From: a virus
Length of the DNA: 64,000 bases
Reading direction: 5' to 3' (one strand)
IMG/VR virus record: IMGVR_UViG_3300032242_000818
Location: 1 to 64,000 of that record
Part shown: piece by piece, positions 1-9,278 of the stretch
How the letters are laid out: every line of letters starts with the position of its first letter
Position numbering within the stretch: position 1 is the first letter of the stretch
The notes under the pieces: model-generated
Databases searched by the model: none
The model's input: only the letters and a program-made list of their open reading frames with translations
Told to the model about the DNA's origin: nothing
Program-made: the position numbers and the translations under genes

Positions 1-287
1 GTTTAGGCTGCTAATGCGAACTGTGCGTCGTTTGCGTTTACGTTGTTTTAGTTTTTACATCTACTCTGATGAGTTGTCCACTTCTGTACTTGTTGCCCTG
101 TCGAAACCTAGTCACCCCCATCAGAAACATACTATGGTGAAATTGACTTACATCGTAGAGGTCACGGCTTACCAATCCTGATCCCAACCTTTCGGTTTTG
201 TAGAGATTTAAGTATGCTTCTGGTGGAGGTGGGGAGAATCGAACTCCCGTCCAGAACACTTTTCTAGTTGCTTCATACAACCGTATC
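1..287 (-). ncRNA. ssrA: tmRNA, circularly permuted (two-piece); coding piece runs off the left window edge
   Basis: Minus strand order: acceptor piece ...GGACGGGAGTTCGATTCTCCCCACCTCCACCA (CCA end at 221), ~100-nt intervening segment, then GGGGGTGACTAGGTTTCGAC (5' end at 119). GGGGGTG/CACCTCC pair with G3:U. Tag ORF 35..3 = ANDAQFALAA*. Confidence 0.93.
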
Positions 288-290
288 ACT

Positions 291-319
291 ATTATACATT
301 ATTTATTCTTACTTGTCAA
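291..319 (-). promoter_or_regulatory. sigma70 promoter of tmRNA gene
   Basis: Perfect TTGACA(319-314)-17 bp-TATAAT(296-291). Confidence 0.85.
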
Positions 320-1026
320 ATATCGATTGAACCAACATTTGCAAATTCTTTTAGAAATTCATAAGTCTTATCTGTTGTAATACCAGTTGTAACCAAAGTA
401 AATCTAGGATTACGACCAGCATTTGCTGTACAGTGAGGTACGTGTTTCCAATCAAAGGTATGAACATCACCTTCCTTCCAATGGGTATAGACATGGTTGC
501 CATATTGGTAGAAATGTCCAGGCTCCCAGTCAGAAAGCATAATAACAATGCGCATAATTCTGCTATGGTCAGAAGGATAAATTCTACCCAACTTATCAAT
601 GTGCATATTAAAGACTTCACCTACTACTTGCATATGCGTTTTATCGTGGCCATTTTCAAGACCAATCATATTACATATCTTTTGTAACTTAGGTGTTAAT
701 GAAGCACCCATATGACAGATACTCATAGCAGGATTACCGCCACCTTGTTCAATATCATATTCCTCAGCTTCAATCCAATTATTTGGAGGAGTTTCAGTTC
801 CACCATCACCACGACTGGTTTTTGCACCAAAGATACGAGTGCGCCATGAAGCAGAATTAGAATTTTGTTTGATCCATTCTCTTTCTTCAGAGAAATCGCT
901 ATTGAATCTTCCGAGACCTTTGACACAATCCCAACGTGGATCAAAACGATTTACATCGAAATGATATTGGGATTGGTTTTTTGAAATTTCCTCGAAAGAA
1001 CTTTTTTTAAGTTCTACGAATTCCAT
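316..1026 (-). CDS. 2OG-Fe(II)/aspartyl beta-hydroxylase-like cupin oxygenase
   Basis: HID ... WKEGDVHTFDWKHVPHCTAN...R facial-triad pattern. Confidence 0.6.
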   Translation of the reverse strand: MEFVELKKSSFEEISKNQSQYHFDVNRFDPRWDCVKGLGRFNSDFSEEREWIKQNSNSASWRTRIFGAKTSRGDGGTETPPNNWIEAEEYDIEQGGGNPAMSICHMGASLTPKLQKICNMIGLENGHDKTHMQVVGEVFNMHIDKLGRIYPSDHSRIMRIVIMLSDWEPGHFYQYGNHVYTHWKEGDVHTFDWKHVPHCTANAGRNPRFTLVTTGITTDKTYEFLKEFANVGSIDI

Positions 1027-1027
1027 T

Positions 1028-1993
1028 TCAGTTTTGATCCATCTTTGCTTTAAGAACTAATGCCTTTGGAAGATAACGCTGACGTAGATCTTCAATAACT
1101 TTCTTCGAAGAAACTGGATCTAGATCTGATGGAACACTAATATAATTATCAGCAAAATATCTTTTGACATTATCGCTCTTTAGTGCTTTAGTGAATTCAC
1201 GGACATACCAATCAACAACTTCTTTCGGAGTATCTTTTGGTAATGTAATATTCCACATAGCCATTACTTCAACGCTTGGTAGAAGTTCTTTCATGGCAGG
1301 AATACCTGGAAATGCTGGTTCACGTTTGTTACCAGTCAAAGCAATCAATTTAACCTTACCTGCTTTAATCTGTGGAGCTGCAACAGATAATGGCATCATA
1401 CCAAATTCAGTATGTCCACCAGCAACGTCCATCAACGCTTGCATTGGACCTTTATACATAATCTGTTGTACTTTTACTCGATCACCATTTGCAGCATCCA
1501 TCAAAAGACCAAAGATCAAATACTGAACATTACTACCGATAGCAATATTTACATTGGTATCAGGTTTATTCAAATATTTTACTAGTTCTTTAGCAGTATT
1601 AATTTTACTTGATGGTCTAGCAACAATAACCTGTGGGCTTGTTCCGCAACTCATAATAGGATTAAGATCTGCGTATGTATAACGAATTGCACCAGCATCA
1701 AATGCTTCATTAGTAACATAAGTGCTTAGATTACCAGTAACATTCAAACTATAACCATCAGGTGGTAGTTTAGTAGAATGATTGGTAGAGATAACGCCAT
1801 CAGATCCAGGCATATTCTGAACAACAAAATTTACTTTTGGATTATTGCGCTCTACTTCAGCAGCAACTCCTCTGAAACAAATTTCATTACCAGATCCTGG
1901 ACCATAGCCAACAATGGCAGTGATAGATTTTGTGGGTTCCCATGCGAACGCAAGGGCTGGGATGAGTAGCATCGCTACTAGGATTTTTTTCAT
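1028..1993 (-). CDS. Bug/TctC tripartite tricarboxylate transporter substrate-binding protein
   Basis: Signal peptide; P.K.I..IVGY.PG.G, VVQNMPG..G, PPDGYSL, YKG...AL.DV.GG, GKVKLIA.TG..R, W..I..PK.TP.EVV motifs. Confidence 0.9.
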   Translation of the reverse strand: MKKILVAMLLIPALAFAWEPTKSITAIVGYGPGSGNEICFRGVAAEVERNNPKVNFVVQNMPGSDGVISTNHSTKLPPDGYSLNVTGNLSTYVTNEAFDAGAIRYTYADLNPIMSCGTSPQVIVARPSSKINTAKELVKYLNKPDTNVNIAIGSNVQYLIFGLLMDAANGDRVKVQQIMYKGPMQALMDVAGGHTEFGMMPLSVAAPQIKAGKVKLIALTGNKREPAFPGIPAMKELLPSVEVMAMWNITLPKDTPKEVVDWYVREFTKALKSDNVKRYFADNYISVPSDLDPVSSKKVIEDLRQRYLPKALVLKAKMDQN

Positions 1994-2062
1994 TTTAAAT
2001 TACCTTTTAATTTGTGATTAAAAAGTATATTGGCACTAATTGTCCGTCAATACTGTGTTTTT

Positions 2063-2070
2063 TATTTATA
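2063..2070 (-). promoter_or_regulatory. T4-type late promoter TATAAATA upstream of Bug gene
   Basis: Exact TATAAATA 70 nt before the start codon. Confidence 0.6.
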
Positions 2071-2614
2071 ACAAAAATTCAGAAACTTTTGCTGGTAGGA
2101 CTGGATTTTTCATCCTTTCGGGATGCCAGACTATACCATATATCTCTCGAGTTTTATGTTTAAATGCTTCTGTATATCCATCTAGATCCATAGCAACCTT
2201 TTCTATTTCTGGACCAAGTTTATCTATAGACTGACCATGATAACTATTTACGGTATGTATATTACCTTCCATAATAATTTCATGATCAACTTGGATATGA
2301 CCTTCTATATAGCCATTTGTACCACCAGTTAAATCATTTACAGCAAATGCCCCATGACAAAAACCAAATATTGGTTTATTTAATTTATAAGCATGGTGAA
2401 ATAATAAATCCTCGGTAGTATGACGCTCGATACTATCTGGACCACCAGTCAATACTAAACAATCAAATTCAATCGATTGATCTATTATACCTAAGTTTGG
2501 TACTGGAATCAAATTATGTTTTTTAAAAAGACTATACCAACTACGCTCTAAAGCATCGAAAGTAAAATGTGATGGGGGGATGCGAATATCCCTCTGTGAA
2601 ATTAATATTCGCAT
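2066..2614 (-). CDS. class I glutamine amidotransferase (peptidase C26-like)
   Basis: LVLTGGPD, PIFGFCHG nucleophile elbow, VNSYHGQ, WHPE catalytic His-Glu. Confidence 0.85.
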   Translation of the reverse strand: MRILISQRDIRIPPSHFTFDALERSWYSLFKKHNLIPVPNLGIIDQSIEFDCLVLTGGPDSIERHTTEDLLFHHAYKLNKPIFGFCHGAFAVNDLTGGTNGYIEGHIQVDHEIIMEGNIHTVNSYHGQSIDKLGPEIEKVAMDLDGYTEAFKHKTREIYGIVWHPERMKNPVLPAKVSEFLL

Positions 2615-3340
2615 TTATGCCTCACCACCACCAGAACCAATTTGAGAAAGATATTCATCATGTTCTTTTAATACTTGTAAAAATCCCTCTTGAGTTCTAT
2701 GCAATGATGTAACAATTGCTAATCTATTATTATAATGCATGCCCATGTCAGGATTTGATGGCTCAACAAAATGTAAAAGGTATCCAGGGTGAATTAACAT
2801 TAACCCCTCTTCAACTTTAATCTTTTTAAATGCTGTAAATTGATTCATCCAATTTACACCACCACGTGGATCCATCATTACTAGGTTTCCTGGATTATTC
2901 TCATCAGTAGTAACGTATAACATTCCAACACCAATAGTATTGCCATGTTTATGGGGTGTAATTCTATAAATTCCATCACCCTCAGACATCCTAAAATATC
3001 CTTTTGATGCAGAAAATGGTGGCAGAGGCATTTCAGCTAATGGTCGATAATATCTTTCCATCAACTCTAATTTTTTTTCTTTAACTGCTACCATAGTTTT
3101 TGGCAGATCAGGCATTGACCAAAGATCCGTATGATTATATCTCCCAGGCGCACCTGGTTTTAAAAGATATTTAATATCATCTCTGAGTTCATCAATAAAA
3201 TCTTTAGAGAATGGATATGCTGTTATAATTGGTGTTGGCCATAACATATGGCATGTATCTTCTTTTCCAGGTTTAATGATAGTGATACTTCCATCAGCTT
3301 TCATTTTTTTAATATCTTGTAGATCTGTATAATCTTGCAT
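2615..3340 (-). CDS. putative 2OG-Fe(II) oxygenase (TIGR02466-like)
   Basis: WPTPI start, HKH, G.LV..DPRG, G...IHPGYLLHFVEP, R.AI. Confidence 0.7.
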   Translation of the reverse strand: MQDYTDLQDIKKMKADGSITIIKPGKEDTCHMLWPTPIITAYPFSKDFIDELRDDIKYLLKPGAPGRYNHTDLWSMPDLPKTMVAVKEKKLELMERYYRPLAEMPLPPFSASKGYFRMSEGDGIYRITPHKHGNTIGVGMLYVTTDENNPGNLVMMDPRGGVNWMNQFTAFKKIKVEEGLMLIHPGYLLHFVEPSNPDMGMHYNNRLAIVTSLHRTQEGFLQVLKEHDEYLSQIGSGGGEA

Positions 3341-3347
3341 TTCCAGG

Positions 3348-4391
3348 TCAATCCTTTACATAAACATTTGTATAATCATTTAACAAAAATAACCAACTAT
3401 GGGGTTTTGGAGATAGAACTGATGTAAATTTTTTCTTATTATTAGAATAATATAAATCACCAGTATATTCAGATATTTTTTCTCTTAATTGCCATCTATC
3501 GTCTGAGAAGTCACCAGTCTTTGTTGCTTTGTCAGTATTATATATTGACCATAATTGAAAATCTTCAGTATTAAAAAAAGCATGAACTTTTTTAATTATA
3601 TCAGGATTTAACCCAATTAAGTTGTTTGTAAGCACATTATACCAAGTATAATTAAAAATAATATACCATCTTAAATCTTGAAGTGTAATAATTGGTTTTG
3701 GGCTATTTAATATTGAAGGTGTTAAGAATTCTAAACATTCATCAGTAAGCAATTTTTTGTAATCTACCAATGCATTTTTTTCAAGAAATTTATTGTGTTT
3801 ATCATGAATACCAATGAAATTCGAATCTTTAAATTCTAATAACATATCTCTATTTTTATTATACGATAGTCCTGGAGTAAATAATTGATTAGACATCGCA
3901 CCTGTTACGTAAAGACAATCTTGTTCATAATTAAAATTATTAGATGCAGTTGTATTAATTTTTATAGAATATCTCATTCGATTCTTAATGAACCTATCAA
4001 AGAAATCTCCCGATTCTATAATAGAATTATATGTTCCATATACTCGTATTTGATCTGGATCATTTGCATAATGATATAATGACAACAAAATAAAAGTACT
4101 ATCAATACCCCCACTCCAAGCAACATTTATTTCTTTATCAGTAGAAAGTAATTCAAGACATCTTTTTTCTACGATATCGTAGAAATTTAAATTAAAACTA
4201 GGATTTGTTGGTATTGGCGAGTATATGTAATCTATATCTAAAAAGTGTGGTATAGACTGAGTTCGATCAACTAAGAAAACATCTTTACAAAAATTATATT
4301 TTAATAATCTATTATATAGATCAATATTATTTAATTTGTATTGTTGATTAGTTCTATTAAATGTATGTGGGTTGTAACTTAATATCTTCAT
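3348..4391 (-). CDS. PP-loop adenine nucleotide alpha-hydrolase (asparagine synthetase C-domain-like)
   Basis: VAWSGGIDS PP-loop; VTG..SNQLF resembling the AsnB G.G.DELF motif. Confidence 0.65.
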   Translation of the reverse strand: MKILSYNPHTFNRTNQQYKLNNIDLYNRLLKYNFCKDVFLVDRTQSIPHFLDIDYIYSPIPTNPSFNLNFYDIVEKRCLELLSTDKEINVAWSGGIDSTFILLSLYHYANDPDQIRVYGTYNSIIESGDFFDRFIKNRMRYSIKINTTASNNFNYEQDCLYVTGAMSNQLFTPGLSYNKNRDMLLEFKDSNFIGIHDKHNKFLEKNALVDYKKLLTDECLEFLTPSILNSPKPIITLQDLRWYIIFNYTWYNVLTNNLIGLNPDIIKKVHAFFNTEDFQLWSIYNTDKATKTGDFSDDRWQLREKISEYTGDLYYSNNKKKFTSVLSPKPHSWLFLLNDYTNVYVKD

Positions 4392-4671
4392 ATATTCTCA
4401 AATCAATTTTCCAATTATCATTATCTTTATAAAGTATGGGTATAATATTTGTATTAATAAAATCAAAATCTAATCCATTTAATAAATGTATATTTTTTAT
4501 CTCAAACTCTGGTATTTGTATACACTCCATATCAAATTCAAAAATACCTGATGTTAATGAATTATAATAGTAAACAGAAGAAATTAAAAAAAAGTTTTGG
4601 CTACTATATGGTTGATCTGTTAACTTAACTGACCATACATTACAATTTAAAAAAGGAGTTTCCATATTCAT
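4357..4671 (-). CDS. hypothetical protein
   Basis: ORF fills the gap in the minus-strand gene run. Confidence 0.5.
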   Translation of the reverse strand: MNMETPFLNCNVWSVKLTDQPYSSQNFFLISSVYYYNSLTSGIFEFDMECIQIPEFEIKNIHLLNGLDFDFINTNIIPILYKDNDNWKIDLRIYEDIKLQPTYI

Positions 4672-4684
4672 ACTTATAATGTAT

Positions 4685-4706
4685 GAAACCAGCCGAAGCT
4701 GGTTTC
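4685..4706 (-). terminator. stem-loop terminator with UUCG loop after the ferritin-like pair
   Basis: GAAACCAGC-TTCG-GCTGGTTTC. Confidence 0.65.
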
Positions 4707-4726
4707 TACGTAATTATATAATTATT

Positions 4727-5455
4727 TTAAATTGCTACGGACAACTCGCGAGTAGGTTGACCATATGCTTGTTTCATAACAACTTGACCTTCTTCAGAAA
4801 CCTGAGCGATGGACAAACAAGTATTTTCATAAAGATCCCAAACGAAATTCTGAGCCATATCCAATGCTTTTTGTTGGGCTTCTGGAGTAGTGCAAAGTTT
4901 TTCTAATTTCAAACGACCGATTTCGCTATGGAATCTTTCATCACGAGCAATCTTTGCATAACGTGAAGAAACATATTCGTCTTCAATAGATTCAGCCATT
5001 GCTTGCCAAACTACAGAGGCGCGACCTTCAGCCAAGTATTGATATAGAGCCAATACTAATTCATCACCTTGAGCATTGTATTTGTCAAGGATAAAAACAC
5101 CTTGGCTTGGCATTTTCTTACCATGAGTAGCACCGATTTCTGCTAGGTTTGCTTCAACACCAGAGATATGCTCAATAACTTCTTTAACCATACGGAAGTG
5201 GTTTGCTTCATCGTATGCTTGCTTAGCCAATAATTGAGTTTCTTCGATTGGAGTATCGATTGGTTGGTTAGCAACTGCTTGAGCCAATTCAACCATGTTC
5301 CAGCGTTCATTGAACAAACGAATTTTGAAATAACCTAGCAACTCATCATTGCTTGGCTTAGTTGCAAAATACTGACGAGTAGTTTTATCAGCTACTGTAT
5401 ATAGAGTGTCAAAAGTATTGCGTAATTCTTTAACAAATTCTACAGAGTTTTTCAT
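4727..5455 (-). CDS. ferritin-like di-iron protein (paralog B)
   Basis: NER..., DEANH, AEG, DERFH carboxylate/His motifs; start moved to MKNSVEF (AAGGAA RBS). Confidence 0.75.
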   Translation of the reverse strand: MKNSVEFVKELRNTFDTLYTVADKTTRQYFATKPSNDELLGYFKIRLFNERWNMVELAQAVANQPIDTPIEETQLLAKQAYDEANHFRMVKEVIEHISGVEANLAEIGATHGKKMPSQGVFILDKYNAQGDELVLALYQYLAEGRASVVWQAMAESIEDEYVSSRYAKIARDERFHSEIGRLKLEKLCTTPEAQQKALDMAQNFVWDLYENTCLSIAQVSEEGQVVMKQAYGQPTRELSVAI

Positions 5456-5468
5456 TATTGTTCCTTGA

Positions 5469-6167
5469 TTATAGTGGACCGTAAGCATCTTCCATAATCG
5501 CTTTGCTTTCAGCATTCATACCTGATTTAGCACAAGTGATTAAGAATAAGTCTTTACGCATAGCATTGGCAACTTCAACGATTTGTTGCTGAGCAACTGC
5601 ATCTTCGCAAAGTTTAACTAATTGATGACGACCAATAGAAGCATGGAACTTTTCATCTTTAGCGATCTTAGCATAAGTGCTAGCAATGAACTGATCATCG
5701 ATACACTCTGACATCATTTTCCAGTTACGAGCAGCACGACCTTCGGCTACTAATTGATATAATGCCAACATTACTGGATTCTTGTCTGCACCATATTTCT
5801 TGATAAGAGCAGCACCTTTAGTGCTTAGTTGGTCAGCGTGTTCTGCAACAGCAGCACCAACATCACATGGCTCACCAGAAAGGTGTTCAATAACATTCTT
5901 AACCATACGGAAGTGTTTTGCTTCATCTTGGGCTTGTTTAGCCAAAAGATTAAGTTCGCTAGTATCAGCGTCGGCTGGGGCAGCAGCGATTTGGGCAGAA
6001 ATTTCTACCATGTTCATACGCTCGTTAACCATGCGACCTTTAAAGTGATCGATTAGTTCAGCCTTAGATGGCTTAGAGTCAAAGTATGATTTTACTTGGA
6101 GTTCAGAAGCACGAAATAACGCTTCATTTTGAAACTCTAGTTGTTCAACGAATTGAGCAGCTTGCAT
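5469..6167 (-). CDS. ferritin-like di-iron protein (paralog A)
   Basis: NER..., DEAKH, AEG, DEKFH motifs; GAGGA RBS. Confidence 0.75.
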   Translation of the reverse strand: MQAAQFVEQLEFQNEALFRASELQVKSYFDSKPSKAELIDHFKGRMVNERMNMVEISAQIAAAPADADTSELNLLAKQAQDEAKHFRMVKNVIEHLSGEPCDVGAAVAEHADQLSTKGAALIKKYGADKNPVMLALYQLVAEGRAARNWKMMSECIDDQFIASTYAKIAKDEKFHASIGRHQLVKLCEDAVAQQQIVEVANAMRKDLFLITCAKSGMNAESKAIMEDAYGPL

Positions 6168-6199
6168 TTGTTTTAGTCCTCAGGGGTTAATTTACTCTA

Positions 6200-6207
6200 T
6201 ATTTAGT
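6200..6207 (-). promoter_or_regulatory. late-promoter variant ACTAAATA
   Basis: 33 nt upstream of the ferritin-like A start; CTAAATA recurs upstream of other genes (e.g. 25801, 30331, 47434). Confidence 0.45.
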
Positions 6208-6216
6208 AATTTTAAA

Positions 6217-6870
6217 TTACAGATTTTTCAAGTTTTTATAGTCTAATCGTAACTTTCTAAATCCGCCGATCCAGTTATCCCTCTTTTCAATAAACAACCT
6301 TGGATCATCGTTATCTACAGCCATAATAATTACTAGTCTCCCAACTGGGATTCCTGTTCTTTCCTCAAATGCCACAGCATATGCTGCAGTTTGCATAAAA
6401 TAATTATGAATATCGTCTCTATCTTTAGGTTTGCTAGAAGTCTTAAAATCTATAACAGAGAGTTTTCCCTGAAAATCTGCGATACAATCAACTGTTCCAG
6501 CAACTTGTAGAAAATCAGAATACAAAGGATTTTCTAGAGCATGAATATTATTTATATCATCTAACCAAAACTTTATAGAATTGAACATTTCGAGGTCAAA
6601 CATATCGGCTTCGAATATGTTTCCTCGTAAATAATCTTCGCAGTATTGGTGTATACGAGTGCCTCTTGCGCTTGCTTTTCCTGAGATTCGATTTGCTTCT
6701 TCTTCGCCAACCCTACATCTCCATTCTGCGATGCCTTTTGCTGAGTGCAATCCTGTAACGGTAGTAACGGAGGGATACGATTTACCTGTAGGTGTTTTGT
6801 ATACCCTCGAACCATTTGCGGCAGTTTCACGTTCAAGTTTAGGGAAATCATGATATATAAAATTTTTCAT
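6217..6870 (-). CDS. PD-(D/E)xK RecB/Cas4-like exonuclease
   Basis: YPSVTTV, RGT.IH, AGTVDC, IDFKTS, Q.AAYA; standard T4-like neighbour of phoH. Confidence 0.88.
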   Translation of the reverse strand: MKNFIYHDFPKLERETAANGSRVYKTPTGKSYPSVTTVTGLHSAKGIAEWRCRVGEEEANRISGKASARGTRIHQYCEDYLRGNIFEADMFDLEMFNSIKFWLDDINNIHALENPLYSDFLQVAGTVDCIADFQGKLSVIDFKTSSKPKDRDDIHNYFMQTAAYAVAFEERTGIPVGRLVIIMAVDNDDPRLFIEKRDNWIGGFRKLRLDYKNLKNL

Positions 6871-7490
6871 TAGGCAAGTAAAGCGATACACTCATTGTAA
6901 TGTTTAATACGATCATCAAGACCAATGTAACCACCATTAATAATTTTGGTCATTTGTTTGATATCAGCGATATCTGCATAATGATTTAGATTGTGTGAAT
7001 TCCAAAACCAGATAGCAGACATTAAAGCAAAATCTCGATCTGATGTAACCCAGTCAGGATTTTCTACTACGTTTTCCCAGTCCTCAAACATTGCCTTAGC
7101 AAAAGCAGTATAGTTTGCTTTACCAGTCAATTGAATTGGACCACGTCCACGATATTTGTAACCATCACCAGTCTCTGGACCACCATTACCCATACGGTTA
7201 GCATAGATCTTATTGGCAATCATTTCTGGATGACGTGCGTATGGAGTTGCTGCTTCAATAGTAGGAAAATACTTCTTAAAGATTCCATTCAATCCTTGAG
7301 CAGAATAATTTAAGTTTTCTTCAAATACTGTCCAACCACCAGACTCATGCCCACATTGAGCCAAGAAAGCAGCAACACGTTGTGGCGTATTAATATCATA
7401 AGTTGGAAATACTTCATTCATTGCGTCAGCCCATCCATCAGGATCCTGCGCACGTGGAAACAAGTGTTTAAATTGGTCGCCTGTTATCAT
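6870..7490 (-). CDS. glycoside hydrolase family 19 endolysin
   Basis: AAFLAQCGHESGG, EENLNYS, YRGRGPIQLTGK.NY, TKIINGG. Confidence 0.92.
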   Translation of the reverse strand: MITGDQFKHLFPRAQDPDGWADAMNEVFPTYDINTPQRVAAFLAQCGHESGGWTVFEENLNYSAQGLNGIFKKYFPTIEAATPYARHPEMIANKIYANRMGNGGPETGDGYKYRGRGPIQLTGKANYTAFAKAMFEDWENVVENPDWVTSDRDFALMSAIWFWNSHNLNHYADIADIKQMTKIINGGYIGLDDRIKHYNECIALLA

Positions 7491-8239
7491 TTCTTGTAGA
7501 CTCCGTAAGTAATTAATTGATCGGTTTTTATGAAATTTTCTACATTTTCCAATGCTTGTTTAAAATTCATACATTTCATATAAGCAGAACCATCATCAAT
7601 TAATGTTACGTAGAGAAACATATCATCTTCTGCTAACTCAGTTTTTAATGCATTAAAAAACTCATTAGTATTTATGCCATAATGTTCAGATATTCCTGGA
7701 AATACAGTTAATGTATCAGAAGATAACGAAACAGGTGGTGTGAATGAAATTTTGCAGGTTTCTAGATTTAAATATTCTTGCATAATCTTAGAACATATCT
7801 TTATTGGGGATTCACAATCAATAATGTTCATTTGACGAATCTGTGGTAATATACTTGTTAGCATGTCAGAAATATAAGGGCTACCGCAAGTAAAGATATA
7901 GATTTGATTAAACCCCAGTTTCTTTTGCTGTTGATCAAAATATGTAACCATATTCTTAACCGCATCATATGGGGTATCGCCTGAAACAACATTCCAAATA
8001 TTACCAAAACAATTTAAAATACCTTCAGATAAATCAGTATCTACATTCTTAATTTTTAATTTTTCAATCAGATAAGAATAACCATATGGTGCAGCCTTTA
8101 GTTCAAATGGTGAATTGTCAAAATTTACTGTGACAAGACCTATTGCTTCTTCTGCTCTAATTGATTCTATTGCTTTTATAAATGATATTGTGGCGTCTTG
8201 TTTTCTAGTAGGAACACCAACCCTAGTTATCTCATACAT
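7487..8239 (-). CDS. hypothetical protein
   Basis: 250-aa ORF abutting its neighbours. Confidence 0.65.
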   Translation of the reverse strand: MYEITRVGVPTRKQDATISFIKAIESIRAEEAIGLVTVNFDNSPFELKAAPYGYSYLIEKLKIKNVDTDLSEGILNCFGNIWNVVSGDTPYDAVKNMVTYFDQQQKKLGFNQIYIFTCGSPYISDMLTSILPQIRQMNIIDCESPIKICSKIMQEYLNLETCKISFTPPVSLSSDTLTVFPGISEHYGINTNEFFNALKTELAEDDMFLYVTLIDDGSAYMKCMNFKQALENVENFIKTDQLITYGVYKK

Positions 8240-9009
8240 TATTTTTTCTTATCTTCGTAATCTTCGTATTTTAATTTTGCCAAAATATAATCTTTAACTA
8301 AAGAAGAACGAACAATATCATCTACGGTAAATTCAATACGAGTAAATGCTTTCATATGTTGAGCAATATCAAAGAATTTTAAAATACCAGTAACGTCGTT
8401 CTTTCGTTTGTTTAAATCTGTCTGACGATAATCGCCACACCAAATAATTTTAGACATATGACCAACACGAGTCATAACAGTATCAATCTCATCATAAGTT
8501 AAGTTCTGCATCTCATCAACAAGAATAATTGCATTATCAAAAGACATACCACGAATAAATGAGGTAGAGATAAACTGAATATAACCCTGTTCTTCTAAAC
8601 GATCCCAAGCATCTTTACGATCAAATAATTGATGACAAATTTGGCGATATGGCTGTTCATAGATTTCCATTTTCTCACCAACATCACCTGGAAGATGACC
8701 AATTTCGCGAGATTGGACCGCAGATCGAACTACGATAATTTTATTAAATGGATTTGATTTATCAAGGACTTCTTCAATTGCTTTATAAAGTGCAATGAAT
8801 GTTTTACCAGTACCTGCTACACCATGAAGTGCTATGAAATAATCACCCTGTTTGTAAGCGTCATAAAATGATTTTTGGTTATCAGTTAATGGTTGAAAAG
8901 TTTTTAAATTATCTAATCTTAATTTTAACTGATTATTAGCAATTGGTTTTGACTCACGTTCTTCATTATTAATTTCTATTACTTTTTTTGCTGCGGACGT
9001 ACGAGCCAT
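8239..9009 (-). CDS. phoH: PhoH-family ATPase
   Basis: G.AGTGKT, IGHLPG, F.RG.SF, DEMQN, CGD.RQ.DL, IVRS.LV. Confidence 0.95.
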   Translation of the reverse strand: MARTSAAKKVIEINNEERESKPIANNQLKLRLDNLKTFQPLTDNQKSFYDAYKQGDYFIALHGVAGTGKTFIALYKAIEEVLDKSNPFNKIIVVRSAVQSREIGHLPGDVGEKMEIYEQPYRQICHQLFDRKDAWDRLEEQGYIQFISTSFIRGMSFDNAIILVDEMQNLTYDEIDTVMTRVGHMSKIIWCGDYRQTDLNKRKNDVTGILKFFDIAQHMKAFTRIEFTVDDIVRSSLVKDYILAKLKYEDYEDKKK

Positions 9010-9018
9010 TAGTCTTCC

Positions 9019-9270
9019 TTATTGTAATTGTGATGCTGTTTTATTTAATTCGCTACCTGGAGCACGCTCATGTATCTTTTGTAATACCTCCTTGAATCCT
9101 GAATCAAATTTTCTAGTTGTGCTTAATTTAGTGGGGTCTCCAAACGCCACTGCTTGAATCACTGTTTCTAGTTGGGGATTCTCGGCTCTGAATGAGTCGA
9201 GTTCAGATATCTTCATAATTTTTTCAAACTGTTCACCAGTTTCTTTATTACGAAATACATAAGTTGGCAT
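9019..9270 (-). CDS. conserved T4-like small protein (FmdB-like N-terminus)
   Basis: MPTY.F.N.ETGE start; GFKEVL..I; usual position upstream of phoH. Confidence 0.65.
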   Translation of the reverse strand: MPTYVFRNKETGEQFEKIMKISELDSFRAENPQLETVIQAVAFGDPTKLSTTRKFDSGFKEVLQKIHERAPGSELNKTASQLQ

Positions 9271-9278
9271 AATATTCT

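Noticed and set aside
38-289. 83-aa ORF in track
   Set aside because: Overlaps the tmRNA; it is a translation of structural RNA.
2025-2060. Possible riboswitch in the Bug gene leader
   Set aside because: Only a short imperfect hairpin; no known aptamer consensus recognised.
6217-6870. Cas4-like nuclease as part of a CRISPR system
   Set aside because: No repeat-spacer array or other cas genes seen; standard T4-like exonuclease beside phoH.
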